Shown here: positions 23,847 through 38,021 of the stretch, one piece after another | Numbering within the stretch: position 1 is the first letter of the stretch | Layout of the letters: the number at the start of each line of letters is the position of its first letter | NCBI GenBank assembly: GCA_025201805.1 | Contig: MU619237.1 | Span: 209,237-273,236, forward strand | Length of the DNA stretch: 64,000 nt | Reading direction: 5' to 3' | DNA from: Parasitella parasitica NRRL 2501 | Taxonomy: Eukaryota > Fungi > Mucoromycota | The notes under the pieces: model-generated | Database searches by the model: none | What the model was told of the DNA's origin: nothing | The model's input: only the letters and a program-made list of their open reading frames with translations | Position numbers and translations under genes: made by a program

Positions 23847-25490
23847 AAATCGCTGCGTCCGCGCGCCTAGATTTTTAACCAAAAAAAGCTATCTGTGTAA
23901 TTTAATAACAATTGAAAAAAGGGGCAAACTGTTTATTTATTCACACACAAATATATCCATATTACATCTAGCGCTGTATATTTTTCTCGGTTTTATGTAC
24001 ATTAATCATGAGTTTTCTCTTGGATTTCATATGCAGTTTCCCTTTGTGCTTTCAACTATACCATAGATCGTAGGAAAAAAAAAAAAAAGTACACAACTAT
24101 TAGCTTTTTCGTATGACAATAGCGAGATGCATGGGTTGCGCAATGTGCTACTCTGTCTTAGAGATCTGTCATTAAATGCAAGCTTCATGGGGGAGCTGAT
24201 CATTGTGTTTGTATCATATTGTATTTCTCTTTATATACTTTGGATCGTGAAATGTATATAATCAGCAAGAGGCTTAAAAGTGATATATATTTATATAAAA
24301 TAAGCATATAACTATCATTGTAATAGGAAATACCCCCCTTCGTTCTTTCGTTTTGCCAACAACTCCTTAAAAAAAGAAAAAGAAAGAGCACACCTGATAT
24401 AGTATGCCAAAGCCTACGTATTTATGTATTCATGAAATAACAGTTTTGCAACTAAAAAAGATTACTCTCCACGCTTTGCTCTTCAAGCCCATGGGCGCAC
24501 AAAAAAGCTTGACGCTATCATTGTTCTTGGGCTCTCGTATCGGTATTTTTTATGATGAAATCGATCGTTGTAAGCACCTGTAATACCATCTTTTTTTTTT
24601 CCTATCGTTTGTTATTGTATATATAAATATATATAAATTAATAAGATAAAATGCAGGACTTCCATGTAATATTAGTTGATTAAGAGATACATGGCATTAG
24701 AGATTATGAACTACGCTTTGTGTATATATACAATCTGTGTATACATGTAATGCATGTAGTAACATGGTAGTAGTGCGTACATATCATACCATAATAAAAA
24801 CAAAGCAAATTAGACTAAAACATATGCTGTATACATGCCATGAACCTTCTCTACGATGGAAACTTCAGGTCATGTCTAGACAATTTACACACCCATATAT
24901 ATTTATCAACTGTATATAAATACAAAGCCAACGTGTATCTATCCTCGTGTTTTCCTGTGGCGTTGGAATAAACCAATGTTCTTTCATGGGTCTGATTTAA
25001 TCTGATTACACAATTTACTTGTCGCATTGCGTCCAAGATTAGCAATGTGATAATACAAAAACCAGCATTCAGGCGGCCATTTCGGGCGTATCGATCCAAT
25101 TAGGAAGAAATATTTCCAGATACTAAAAATAATGATTATAGCGCATCAAGAAATTGAAATTCTCTTTGCTGATCATTAATAACTTGCTGTGTTACCAGAT
25201 ATCTTATATCGGGACAGTTACAATGTAATATATATAGTTTTTCTTGTTGCTTGTTCGCCCTCTTCCCCCCCCCCACTGTCCCCCTCATTTTCTTGTGCTT
25301 TCAAAGAAAGCCTCCCCCCACCTCCCCCTTCTTGCCTTCCTCCCCCAACTACCATCTCTGATCCCCCCATCAGAAACATATAAAAAGTATCCAAAATTTA
25401 CAACATCTACCCCACTTTTTTTCTTCTTCTCTTGTTTTCTCATCGTTGTTCCTCAATATATTCCCTTTACCTTTTGATCTATATACCAAA

Positions 25491-26858
25491 ATGCCTTCAG
25501 AAAAGTTCAGAATCACCACTAATGGCCAATCTTTAAGAAATCCAAACAACGGATTTTTCGGTAAAATCTAGCATTTGGTATCCGTAATCAGTAGTGAATT
25601 AACACATTTTCCGACATTATTAGGCATGACTTTATCCTCGAATATGACATTGGACGAAAGGTATATAAACACATGTTACAATACCAATCGTTTTATGCAT
25701 GAATTAACTTATTTCTCGAAATAAAATAGTGACGTATCTGCTCATAATGACAGAAGGTCTGCTCACAACGCCCTTGAACGTCAACGCCGTGAACATCTCA
25801 ATGTAAAATTCCAGCAACTTGCACATGCACTTCCAGCACTTCAAACTGTTCGTCGACCTAGCAAGACAATGATCGTAGCAAAGTCGCTCGAATTTGGTAA
25901 AGATATATTTGTTAAATGTATCAAACTGATATACTAAAAAGCAGCATTTTACAGTCTCCTCAAGTTTGACAAGGGAAACAACATTTACCTCTGAAATTCA
26001 AAAGTTGCGTTTAGAAAACGAAAAACTTAGAAAGCAAGCTGAAGCTTCAAGCAATCAATTAAAGAGACAATTAACCAAGCAACATGAGAAGCCTAATGCC
26101 ACCGCTACTGCTGCTGCTGCTGCTGCTGCTACTGCTCCCACCACTGCTTGTCCTGCCTCTGACGCCAAGAAAAAGACAGAAAATATCGATGATAATGTTA
26201 GCGAAACATCTACTTTAAAAGTCAAAGATGATATGAAGCCTTCTGTCAAAAGAAAAGCTAGCGTCTCCGGTCCTCAATTATCTCCCCCACCTACCCCTGA
26301 AGCTATGCGAGGTAGCCATAAACCTCATACCGTTGTCATTGCCACGCCCATGGGTCATCCACTCAAAAAGAAAAAGATGGTCAAGCAAACCAAATCATTG
26401 CCTATTGCTACTGTCCCAAGCTCGACTTCCATTCCCATGAGCATGGCTCAGCAATTGCCAGTATATATTCCTACAAATGCTACGATGGCCGCTACTGGTA
26501 TTAGCACCGTTTCCATGGCACATACTCCTGCTGCTTCTTTAATCGAGTCGCCTTGGTCACCACTGGATGATACTCATTTGCATTCATCGTTATTAACATA
26601 CCCTCCCCATACAAATAACCAAGCTGATAATACCCCAAACTACTTTGACATGACGTCTCCTTTATCATCAAATGCCAACATGTTGTATGAAATATATGCT
26701 GACAACATGCATCCCATGCTGCTTTCACCATATTATATCGCTGAAACAACGCCAACTCGTAAGTGAGTATACAGATAACTCTCTCATCGCAATCATTACT
26801 AACATTCCGCTTAGCTTATACTTCTAGTTTCTCTACCAATATAAATCATCGTCGTTAA
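25491..26858 (+). CDS. bHLH-leucine zipper (Max/Myc-like) transcription factor; 5 exons
   Basis: Spliced RRSAHNALERQRREHLNVKFQQLAHALPALQTVRRPSKTMIVAKSLEFV followed by the zipper IQKLRLENEKLRKQ. GT donors at 25561, 25661, ~25897 and 26759. Confidence 0.9.
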
Positions 26859-27089
26859 CAACCACTTCATCAACGCCAACGCAGCTTCAATAGTCATGAT
26901 CTTTATTAGTCCTAGAAGGATGTCTCTTGATTTATGGAAAAATGGCAAACTGAACATGTGAAATGCCTGTTATGACTGGAATATAATATCCATTGCACAT
27001 GTTTCTATCTCACTAAATGTAAATATTTTATTCGAAAAACACCAGAAAAAAAACAAACAGCCTACTTGCTGCTATAAATATTCATTAGC

Positions 27090-27107
27090 TCTCTCTCTCT
27101 CTCTCTC
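27090..27107. repeat. (CT)n microsatellite
   Basis: About 9 CT units seen directly. Confidence 0.9.
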
Positions 27108-28478
27108 TTTATACGTATAAATGTCTTTAGTAATAAAATAATCCCAAGTTTTACATATAATTATACATATCCTGTTGTGCAAAATGAATATAGCGAATAT
27201 CATGTAATAAGGCTAATTTATAGAGAAAACTTTTTATGGTTAATTTGACATTTGTATACTACTCATCATTATGGCGAATGTTTTTTTTTGTCATTTTTAC
27301 AAATTTAGACAATCGATGTTGTTTATCAAGACAAAATCCGTGTCCTTGGGATTTGTATACATGTATATATATAAAAAGACGATCGTTCTAGAAGGTCATA
27401 GGTATACGTATACGTCTCGCTTCATTGCACTCTTCCTTTCTTCAGCCTGCTATATCTCGACAATGTATTTTTTTTCTTCCAACACATGCACTATTTGTTG
27501 TTGTTGTACCGCCGTACCTTTTTGTTGTAGATACACACGCAGCGATATCCCCCCTCCCCCCAAATCAACAATCAAAAATCCTCATTTTTACTTTACTATT
27601 CCAGGCAGCACCCATAAGCTCAGCAGGTTATCGGAATCGGTCAACTATTGTATATTCTCTGATCTTGACTTCCTTCAGCAAACATTATTCTTGCTTTCCT
27701 GCTTCTCCCCCCCCCACTATTTTCTTTCCCCCACATTTTCTTCCTCTCTGTTTATTTGTTACCCCTACTCTTTTTCCGAACTTCTGTTGCAGGCGCAACA
27801 CCTTTTTTTTTTNNNNNNNNNNTTTTGTTACTTCCATCCACTGTGTTACCCACAGGCATCAGAGGTTAATCATCTCTCCGTGTCATCTCAATTTATTCTC
27901 TCTAAATCATCGATTTGCAATCTATTTGACGATCTCGAGGAGTTGATTTACATGCTGTTGGTTTTCTATGAATTAGGCGTCCGTTCACCCACTAAAACAA
28001 GTCGTCCTAGGAAGCACTTTTCCAAATACTCATAGATTGTTCTGCTGTATTCTTGTCTATACACAAACTACATGTACAAATATTTGCTATAAAAATGTAT
28101 ATATATTTTTAATGAGCCAAAAGCTGACATTGTTCAATATCCCATTTATATTCAGAATAGAATGTTCAATTACTTTATTCATCATTGAAACTTCCACCTC
28201 TTTACGTTCTCTCGTACAACATAATATCTTATTTGAAATTGCATCTTCCATTGCACTGTAAGTCCGCGCTATTCAAGCGATTAGCATAGAATGATTAGCG
28301 TATACAAAACTTGAATTCAACGGGAGAGGGAAGCGAAATTCACGGAGATAGAGCTAGAAAAGCTAGACTACATGCTATTCAGATAACAAAGTGATAAGGT
28401 TGTTCAGATAGGGCTTCATTTGAAGGAGAGTTCTGTAAAGTTGAATATGTATTATTGGATCCATATCCTGTATATCTG

Positions 28479-28511
28479 ATGTGTGTATGTGTGTGTATGT
28501 GTGTGTGTGTG
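28479..28511. repeat. Interrupted (GT)n microsatellite
   Basis: atgtgtgtatgtgtgtgtatgtgtgtgtgtgtg seen directly. Confidence 0.9.
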
Positions 28512-30444
28512 GGAAGGACTTAATACCAAATAAATCCAGAAGCCAAACTTTTAGGGGTAGAATAAAGGTTAGCAAATTTGCAATGAATTACCAGAATTAT
28601 CGACTCGCTTAGAGTACTTTTCATCATTGAGTCTGTACATGTACTATACGTATTTACACACGATAATTTGTAAGGCTAGCGACTAAAAAAAGAATATGAT
28701 CTGTATTGTCTAAAATGGTGTGCTTGGCCGTGCACCTCGAAATTGAACTAAATATGGGAATGTGATTTTATGAGACTATCGTGTGTATTTAGCTTACATT
28801 GCCTGTAATTGTCAGTAAGCGCTAAAAAGTATCAGCACGCCTCAATTGCAACTTCAGATATTTATTTGATAAATTTATATAAACTTGTACGACATGTTTT
28901 GTCTACCTTGTAATCTATAAACTGTTTAATCTTTCAGATCGTTGCCAGATATACACACCCTACAGAAAAAAGAAATCTTGGCTTTTTTTTTTTATAGTCT
29001 GCATAGCATCGAAAGGCCAAGGCTAAGGCCAAGACCAACGACATTTAATTACCTTATACAAAAAATATATCCGTTTCTATCAGCACGTCAAAGGCTTCCT
29101 TGATCAAATCATATTTTGCAGCAATCATCATCATATCGTAATAGCATCATTATAAAACACCTTAACCAATGACATGTCAACGATCCCCTATGTTCCCCCT
29201 CAGGGGGAAGGGACAAAAAGTCAAATACCTGTCGTTAGTAATGCATAGTTGCTGGCTAATAGAATATCCAATCGCATTTGACGTTTGTTTTAGAAACTTG
29301 ATCATTAATGACTAAAATTCAATGCGCCCTTGATAGCATTCAAATGGATGTCTTGGGGCGGCATGGGTGTCGCTGATCTGCATCTGCACGATAACAATTT
29401 TACAGTAGTACTTATAGTGGAATTCTCATTAAATCTTTTTGAACAAAAAAGAACAAAATCTCTCATTGAGTTCGATTTCGACATCATGGTTGATTACCTT
29501 TGGCTCTTTTCCCCCTCCACTCTTTTTTCTTGATATTACAAAACCAACATTGTTGTCAAGAATTACGTCGTTTAAACGGAGAATCTAGCAAAATATGCTT
29601 GCTTAAAAGGAATAAGGGCTGGAAATAAACCCAAAAATGAACACAGCAGATGCTTGTACCTCGTCATTAAGAACAAATTGACAACCTTATTTCCATATGC
29701 TTACTATTATTACTTGTTTTAACACCAAGGAGTAACATCTGACAGACAAAAGGGAGTGGGAAACGGTCGTATATACATGATGTGCAAGCTGATAACCCAG
29801 GGAAACACAAAGTTTCAAAGTATGCTTTATGATCGATGGCTGCAACCATGGTGTGAATATGATGAAGCGCACCAATTGTACTATATACGCCCAATGTACG
29901 TTCAATAGCGTATGGGTATACGTAATACAATGCTATAATGACCTTTATGAGAAGCAATACATAGCCTCCATATTTTCCTAAACTGTTGGCTCAGCAAGAC
30001 TTGCATGTTTCCTATACATTGTTCAGCAACCTACGTTATGCGAAAACTATCAAGCAAAAGTCAATTATTACAGCAGCTAACAATCTCAAAAAAAAAAAGA
30101 ACCATCCCCGTTATCAGATATTGAAGTTTTCAAATACGTTCCAATCATCGATGTTATTTTTATGGAAGAACATATGAAAAATGTTAATCTTAAGTCTGTC
30201 AAAAGCTTGGTTTTCTTCGTAAAACAAGAATTGTATCATCATGGAGACAGTAATAAATGCTTCGAAGAGTAAATATTACACAGTAATTACCAATATACTT
30301 GAGTTTTGCCTCGAATTGACCTAAAAGATATCATACCCGGTACTAATATTCAATAAAAACATTCCTCTCGACTCTGATTCTGATGAGCAATTACCATTTT
30401 AGACAATAATGACGCAAAAATAGTTTGTTGGACGGAAAATGCAT

Positions 30445-30531
30445 TTTCACCAATTTCACAGCCAATTTCACCACTTTCACCAATTTCACAACCGATTTCA
30501 CAGCCTATTTCACCAATTTCACAACCACTTT
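30445..30531. repeat. Short modular array of 9- and 12-bp TTTCAC-core units upstream of the zinc-finger gene
   Basis: Units TTTCACCAA, TTTCACCAC, TTTCACAGCCAA, TTTCACAACCGA, TTTCACAGCCTA; same units as the large array at 34872-35576. Confidence 0.95.
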
Positions 30532-30555
30532 CTTTTTTCTTCATCTTTAAATTCT

Positions 30556-32296
30556 ATGAGCTCTTTCGTTTGTCAAGATTGTGGAAGATTGCTTTCATCA
30601 AAACAAGCCTTAAGCCTCCATTTCTACCGCTTTCATTCCAAAGAAATCACTGTTGAGTTGAATAAAGGCAAGTGGAAGCTTAATGTCCTTTTTTTTTGGA
30701 TACTAATGAATATTTGACTTAATAGTCTCAAAAAGGGTGATCAGGAATGACAAAGGGGTCTTTGTCTGTCCGTATTGTAACGAGAAGTACTACCCCAATC
30801 CTGACTCACTGAAAAGACACGTAAAAAAAACACACGACAACAATGAAAAAGACGACAGTAGTTCAGATGATGACAGCTTAGTTGTGGATGATGCTGTAAA
30901 TGTAGTTTTAAATACCCAGACAACGTCATCACAGCCGAAAGACCAAACAAAGAACGAACATATTATCAAAAGACATGACTACAAGACATCAGTTCTATCA
31001 GCTTTCGATGCACTACATCAACCTGAAAAAGAGCAAGAAAAAAAAATGTTGGTAGCTGAACTAGGGGACTTGGAACCTGTGATTTACGTTGACCACAAAG
31101 GGGAAGAACACCACTTGCTGGCTGCACCGAAAGTTATTAGCAACATGATGACGCTTGAAGCAGAAAACAAACCATCATCACTCATATTCATTCCAAAAAA
31201 GAGAAAAGAAATTGATGAAGACAGCCAACCCGACCAAACACCATGCTCAATCCGGAACATCGTATTGAATAGTCATTGCAGAGCATCACTATCAAAGTCA
31301 AACTACATCGAGTTGGATCCTCAGACTGCACTTTTGCTAAACAACAGCTGGACTTTAAATCCAATGGCAGCTGAGTCATGTGCTCATTTGTTGGAAGAGG
31401 CTGTTTTTGTGGAGGGAGGCAAGTCTTTACTTGTTCTCGGTGGAGAGATATATTCAAGACTCCCATCGCTGGATGCACACTATGAAAAGACATCATCAAC
31501 AAAAGGAAACATCCCCCAGTCCTCTTTACCTCACACTGATACAAGATACCAAAACGTAGAATTATGCTTGATTGACAATGATAATGCTAAGAAATTAGTG
31601 TTGGGAACTAAAACTATGAACGTTTTGATTACTTCATCTATACGCCTGGAAAGCAATCAGCCAGTAGTTGTCGGTGCCTCTAGCTCAAATGGATTCATAC
31701 CAAGTAGAAGTACAAGGATCTTTATTGAGAAATGCAAACTTCAAGAAATTGAAATGACGACAAAAGCAAATACGCAACTTGATGGAATTAGATCTTCTCA
31801 CCAATATTTGCTTGATCCATTCGATGAACATGCTCAGTTACGCCAACTAAGATCCAAGTTTGATCGATTGTCCACCTACCTGTGTTATCGATTTTCGTCT
31901 AAATTTACTAATGATGTTCGAACAAGACCTTGGACAATATGGACAATCGCAGATCGCTCCCGTAATCAAGACAGAGATTCCAGTGTTGTGGCCGCGTCAA
32001 AGCTTTTCAAGCACATCGCAACTCAAGTGTGGGAAAATGGAGCTGAAGCAAGCTTGAGTTTGAATACTATTACATCTTTGAAACGTCAATTTAAACAAAG
32101 TGGAAACGTCGAGAGAATATTTGGTTGTATTGAAGACTTGTATGAAGACGATATTTCAACAACTACAATAATAGGAAACAAAGAACTGAACAAATTACTA
32201 AAGAATTTGGCTTCTCTGCTGTCATCTGAAATCGTAAATGGAAACGAGCAAATCAGTAGAAATATTCAACATGTATTTAACGAAGCTTACAATTGA
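30556..32296 (+). CDS. About 560-aa protein: two C2H2 zinc fingers, NLS-like PKKRK, uncharacterised C-terminal domain; exons 30556-30667, 30726-32296 (GC-AG intron)
   Basis: [27 protein letters not shown] joins in frame through AAG|GCAAGT...TAATAG| to VSKRVIRNDKGVFVCPYCNEKYYPNPDSLKRHVKKTH, then continues in the intact 519-codon ORF. Confidence 0.85.
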
Positions 32297-33040
32297 TAAC
32301 TTTTACACTCATCCCGCCATGTTTCTTTATTGTCAACGATACCATTTGTACATTTAATATGTTACTCCATAAAAGTCAAACCATTCATACTGTATATTCG
32401 ATCTACTTTTTTCTAGTCAATTAATATGACTATATAATACGTTTACTGACTTTCTTATGTTTGGTAAGATTAAAATTATAATACTTCATCCTTTTCTTTC
32501 CACTACACATTACTTCCAGTATTGTGTAGCGCGAAGGATTGAACTTTTTAATAGAGTCATCTCTATGAAAGAACTTCATTGCGAGCTGGTCCCTCGTAAA
32601 AATAATCAAACTATGCCTATGCCTTATGTACCCAACACGACCGTGCTCCCTGTCTATGATTCTGCCTCAAAAAAAGGAAACAAAACAATAATAAAAAAAA
32701 TACACTACTTGATTGCTTTGAACAAATGTCGAAATGACTCGATATTTCCCTGTCTTTGATGCCATGTCTGAATAGGGAGTTGTTAACCCTAGGCCTTTGT
32801 GATGAACTCCAGGAGTGGTGCCCCGGTAGCCACGTTAGCGCGATTCATTTACCAATACATGGACGATATGTCCTGGCTATTTCATCAATCATCCACACAA
32901 ATATCTACTCACTTCCCCACGCTCAAACAACTAACCATCAAACACTCAAATGATACCCCAACTTATAACAGTCAGATGATTATAGTTCTGAAGGTTATTA
33001 TTGACACAATACTACTAATCACTTCATTACGATTAAAGAT

Positions 33041-33860
33041 TTTATTTTATTAAGTCTTTATATGGCACGCAGTAACTATTGACCAATTTTGCCTAGCCCG
33101 TTCAAATTTTGTTAAAGATAGCCATGTGGCTCTAAAAAATCCCTTAGGATCAAGGGGAAAAAAGGCGAAGGAAAGCGTTACAAGATAAAAAACAAGTTTG
33201 GATGCTGGAATATTATTAAACAAGTGATTGTCCAATGCAGTCTGGAATATCGTCTGCAGGATTGTCATGAATAAGTCGATCCAGTCGCAACAAGATGGTG
33301 CATAAAGCAGGCCATCTGCTGCGCCAGTGGATAAGAGTCTGTGGTGATTTCAAAGGTCGAGTTGGAAGCCTGTTGAGCAGAAAAGAGACGGGGCCTTGTA
33401 TCTGGGTTGAGAGTGTTAAGGCTCGATGGATTGATAAGCATTGCATCGCATGCTGCTTAGTGAGATGTTCAGAAGGATGCTCAGGGCAGTATATTTGCTA
33501 TAATTTGGAAGCCAGCCCAGACGCCAACGAACGCACCTGTTGCGTTCTTCTCATGTCATTAGTACCCATAGAATAGGATCTACTGTTGCCTTGGGACGAC
33601 AGAGAGAGAGGAGTTTAGTCTTGATCATGATTCGCCGGTGGTCAAAGGATTGTTGCACAAATTCTCGTTTTGTTTTCTTCAATTCAGACATGGAAAGAGG
33701 CGGGTCAAGTTCTTCAAACGTTTGCCAGAGATTAGACTTAGGAAGAGAGTGCCATTTGGAGTATGTGGTCGAGGTAATGGAAGGTAGCAACTTAGTGATA
33801 AGAGTGTCCTCTGGGAGGCCAATGGTTCTGTCTAGGTACTGTGCGGACATCCGTTACCAT
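33041..33860 (-). mobile_element. 5'-truncated, decayed non-LTR (LINE-like) retrotransposon: ORF2 C-terminus plus 3' UTR
   Basis: LLSLCRPKATVDPILWVLMT*EERNRCVRWRLGWLP..[frameshift]..CPEHPSEHLTKQHAMQCL..H..VSFLLNRLP..W..RWP..CTIL..LD resembles the Cys/His-rich tail of Mucorales LINE RT proteins. It has a premature stop at 33551-33553, a frameshift near 33495, and an A-rich end (TAATAAAATAAAA) at 33053-33041. Confidence 0.75.
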
Positions 33861-34186
33861 ACTATCCCCACATCTACTACCACGAACTAAAGATATATAG
33901 TCCAAGATACTTCAGTTCCCAGTCTTTCCAGCCACTGTTCCCAAAGAATAAGCTGGGAGTACTCATAAATAAAAACAGAGGAGCTTCATCACCTTGTGTG
34001 GTTCTCCTCCCAACAAAAAATAAAATATGTAATATTATACATCTCAAAACTATTTTATTATTGTTATTTAAAGTTTTAAACGCACTAATGGTAAAGGTCT
34101 GATGATAATAGTAACTACTATTGCTCCTCTTTGTGATGTTTTAACGACAAACGAGTTAGTATCAAAACTTTTTTGATCAAAAATAA

Positions 34187-35587
<1,401 letters not shown>

Positions 35588-35821
35588 TTAAATGTCAAGG
35601 TACTTTTTATTAAGCATATTATTTTTTGCTCTTATGACAGCAGCTGAGGAATTCTTTGTTGTATATAATGATTATATTGATTGCATTGTATTTTGCTTTA
35701 CTATAAATATACAACAAAGAACTTCATGATTGAACACGCATCTCAAGACCAATCAAGCCATAACTATATAAGCGCACTTATTCCTGTCTTTGTAATACTT
35801 TTCATACACATTTTCAAGTCA

Positions 35822-36373
35822 ATGTCAAGCAACAATTCACCAATAACCCTTAGCAAACACAGCCACACAGCCAAAGGCGACTGTGAGGTACTTGAAGAGG
35901 GCAGTGATAAACCTCATCTTACCGAATTCAACAGCCTAAATGATCTGAATACTCTGCTGGATGCACATCTTAAACTCGTAACCGTTAAATTTCAAAGTTT
36001 CGAAGAAGTTGAAAGAAAAAATATCGAAAACGACGACCAGTTTGACACATTGCGACATCTGGATTTTCTTGAAGTTACAGATCATGTTAAATTTCCCGCT
36101 GCTTGTCTTGAATATTCGTTGAAGAAGTTTGAAAACATCAAAAAAGCTAAAGTCACCCTGCCTAGTTCATCCATTCCAGTTAATTTCAATACGTTATTGA
36201 AACTGTCTATGAAGCTATTGGGGAAAATTCCAGAATTTGAATTAAAGTTTAAGAGCTGCCAAGAATACGCAGGTTTTGACACAAAGCTTGTCAAATGTCT
36301 CAATAATTTAGATGACATTTCTGTCAGCCGCGACAAGGTTTATACAATCATTACTTATAAAGAAAGCAACTAG
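35822..36373 (+). CDS. Hypothetical protein (about 183 aa)
   Basis: Open frame 35681-36373; likely ATG at 35822 (an earlier in-frame ATG is at 35726). Composition is protein-like with weak LRR-like LxxL spacing. No recognised family. Confidence 0.4.
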   Translation: MSSNNSPITLSKHSHTAKGDCEVLEEGSDKPHLTEFNSLNDLNTLLDAHLKLVTVKFQSFEEVERKNIENDDQFDTLRHLDFLEVTDHVKFPAACLEYSLKKFENIKKAKVTLPSSSIPVNFNTLLKLSMKLLGKIPEFELKFKSCQEYAGFDTKLVKCLNNLDDISVSRDKVYTIITYKESN

Positions 36374-37169
36374 ATTTATTATGCCTCATTCATGTTCGAT
36401 GGTCTCATACTTCAATTCCCACAAACATGGTTTCAATATATAGTATTACTTATGACGCTTTCACATATACATATGGATAAATCTCTTTGTAACTCTTTAA
36501 GCAATTACTATACACCGTGTTATTCTGCTTGCGAATGCTGTATATCCCTATCATTGTTGTTCTTTGAGTAACAATTTCGAGGCAAAAAAAAAAAAAAACG
36601 ACAACTTTTTTACTATGAAAAGGGGTTTTATTCTGCGAGAGAGAGTACCTTTTAACGCTACTCGTGGCCAAACAGCAGGGCAGATTAGGATTATGTTCAT
36701 TGTTACAAAACTCTTTTGGGGGTATGAATGCAAGCGTAAATGATCTCTGAATGAAACTTTGAAGTATGCAGTTCAATGAGCGTCCGATAATGTAATAGTC
36801 TTATCAGAGTAGAAGGCATTGCAACCACCGATATATAAAGGTTACTGAACATTAGCGAGGAGACAAACAGCTCTTTGGAGGAGCAAAACGTTGTCTAAAG
36901 CTCACCCGTATGTGAATGTATACATGCATACAACTACGCCATTATTGAAATTTTGTAGTGATCAAGCACCGGTTGAAAAGGAATGCTTTGATACCGTATT
37001 CAAAGACAAATGATATGTAACATAGCGAATCCACAAGTATTTGAGCTCATGACAAAAAAATTTGAGTTTTAAACGTATAGATCACTCGGGGCAGCCCAGC
37101 CGATTTTTTTAGGGCTTGATAATACTCGCAAATCGAGCAAACTGATGGTACCCCCTCTCTCCTTTCGCA

Positions 37170-37752
37170 ATGGTAAGTAGAATAAAAAATTACAACGCAT
37201 TCGAGATGATTTGGAGGGAAAAAAAAAGAAAAAAAAAGGAAACGGACTAGTTGGATAAATCAATTTAGACAATGGGACAAGAGACAGACGGATGGATGGA
37301 TGGATGGATGGATGAAACGGGAGGATGCAACTTTTAACTCACATGTGCACACACTTTGATGATTAGGTCAACATTCCCAAGACCCGTAACACCTACTGTA
37401 AGGGTAGCAAGTGCAGAAAGCACACTCCTCACAAGGTCACTCAATACAAGGCTGGTAAGGCCTCTCTCTTCGCTCAAGGTAAGAGACGTTATGACCGCAA
37501 GCAATCCGGTTATGGTGGTCAAACCAAGCCTGTTTTCCACAAGAAGGCCAAGACTACCAAGAAGATTGTCCTTCGTCTCGAGTGTACTGGTAAGTGAACG
37601 GATTTAGTGTAGTGTATATGTAGTATCGCAATAGTGTCTAACCTCAACCCCGTTCAGCTTGCAAGTACAAGATGCAACTCGCCATCAAGAGATGTAAGCA
37701 CTTTGAATTGGGTGGTGATAAGAAGACAAAGGGTGCCGCTCTTGTTTTCTAA
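37170..37752 (+). CDS. RPL44: 60S ribosomal protein eL42 (L44/L36a); exons 37170-37172, 37367-37589, 37658-37752
   Basis: M|[73 protein letters not shown]...[10 protein letters not shown]. The first exon is ATG only. Missed by the ORF track. Confidence 0.98.
37290..37314. repeat. (GGAT)n tetranucleotide repeat in RPL44 intron 1
   Basis: About 6 GGAT units seen directly. Confidence 0.9.
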
Positions 37753-38021
37753 ATTGCGTCTGTTACATGTACAACCTGTTTGTTTTATCGTTCGTCAATT
37801 CACCTCTATTTTTTTTCAATCGTTAAAATAAATTACTCGTAATGCAGATAACTCTTTAAAGCCTTTTCATTGTTTTATAGGATGTGTATCTATTTTGCGA
37901 TTTTCGATAGACATGGAAGATGTTTTGAATTGTGGCTTTTTTCATCAACCTTTTTAACCAATCTGACATCCCTCTAAAGATTACTCCTCTTTCTTCCTCA
38001 AAAAAAAAAAGCAGCATATAG

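Noticed and set aside
27271-28035. 254-aa and 173-aa ORFs
   Set aside because: Low-complexity, pyrimidine-rich Phe/Leu/Ser sequence spanning an N gap, with no domain; probably non-coding.
29184-29213. GC-rich palindrome TTCCCCCT-C-AGGGGGAA as a Helitron 3' hairpin
   Set aside because: No CTRR terminus at the expected distance on either strand and no other Helitron evidence.
30445-30531. GTGAAA units as binding sites for the CSL factor encoded in this window
   Set aside because: The CSL consensus is GTG(G/A)GAA, which the units do not match.
32386-32394. ATACTG|TA about 95 bp after the ZF gene stop as the partner terminal inverted repeat
   Set aside because: Only 5 bp (CAGTA) match the 35582 end and there are no subterminal repeats; indistinguishable from chance without other copies.
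32457-33053. Short + strand ORFs in the spacer as a second cargo gene
   Set aside because: Fragmented across frames, with only a vague LRR-like phrase (FPTLKQLTIK); no supportable gene model.
37173-37366. Long RPL44 intron 1 as a snoRNA host
   Set aside because: No properly placed C/D (RUGAUGA...CUGA) or H/ACA boxes seen; the length is partly explained by poly-A and (GGAT)n.
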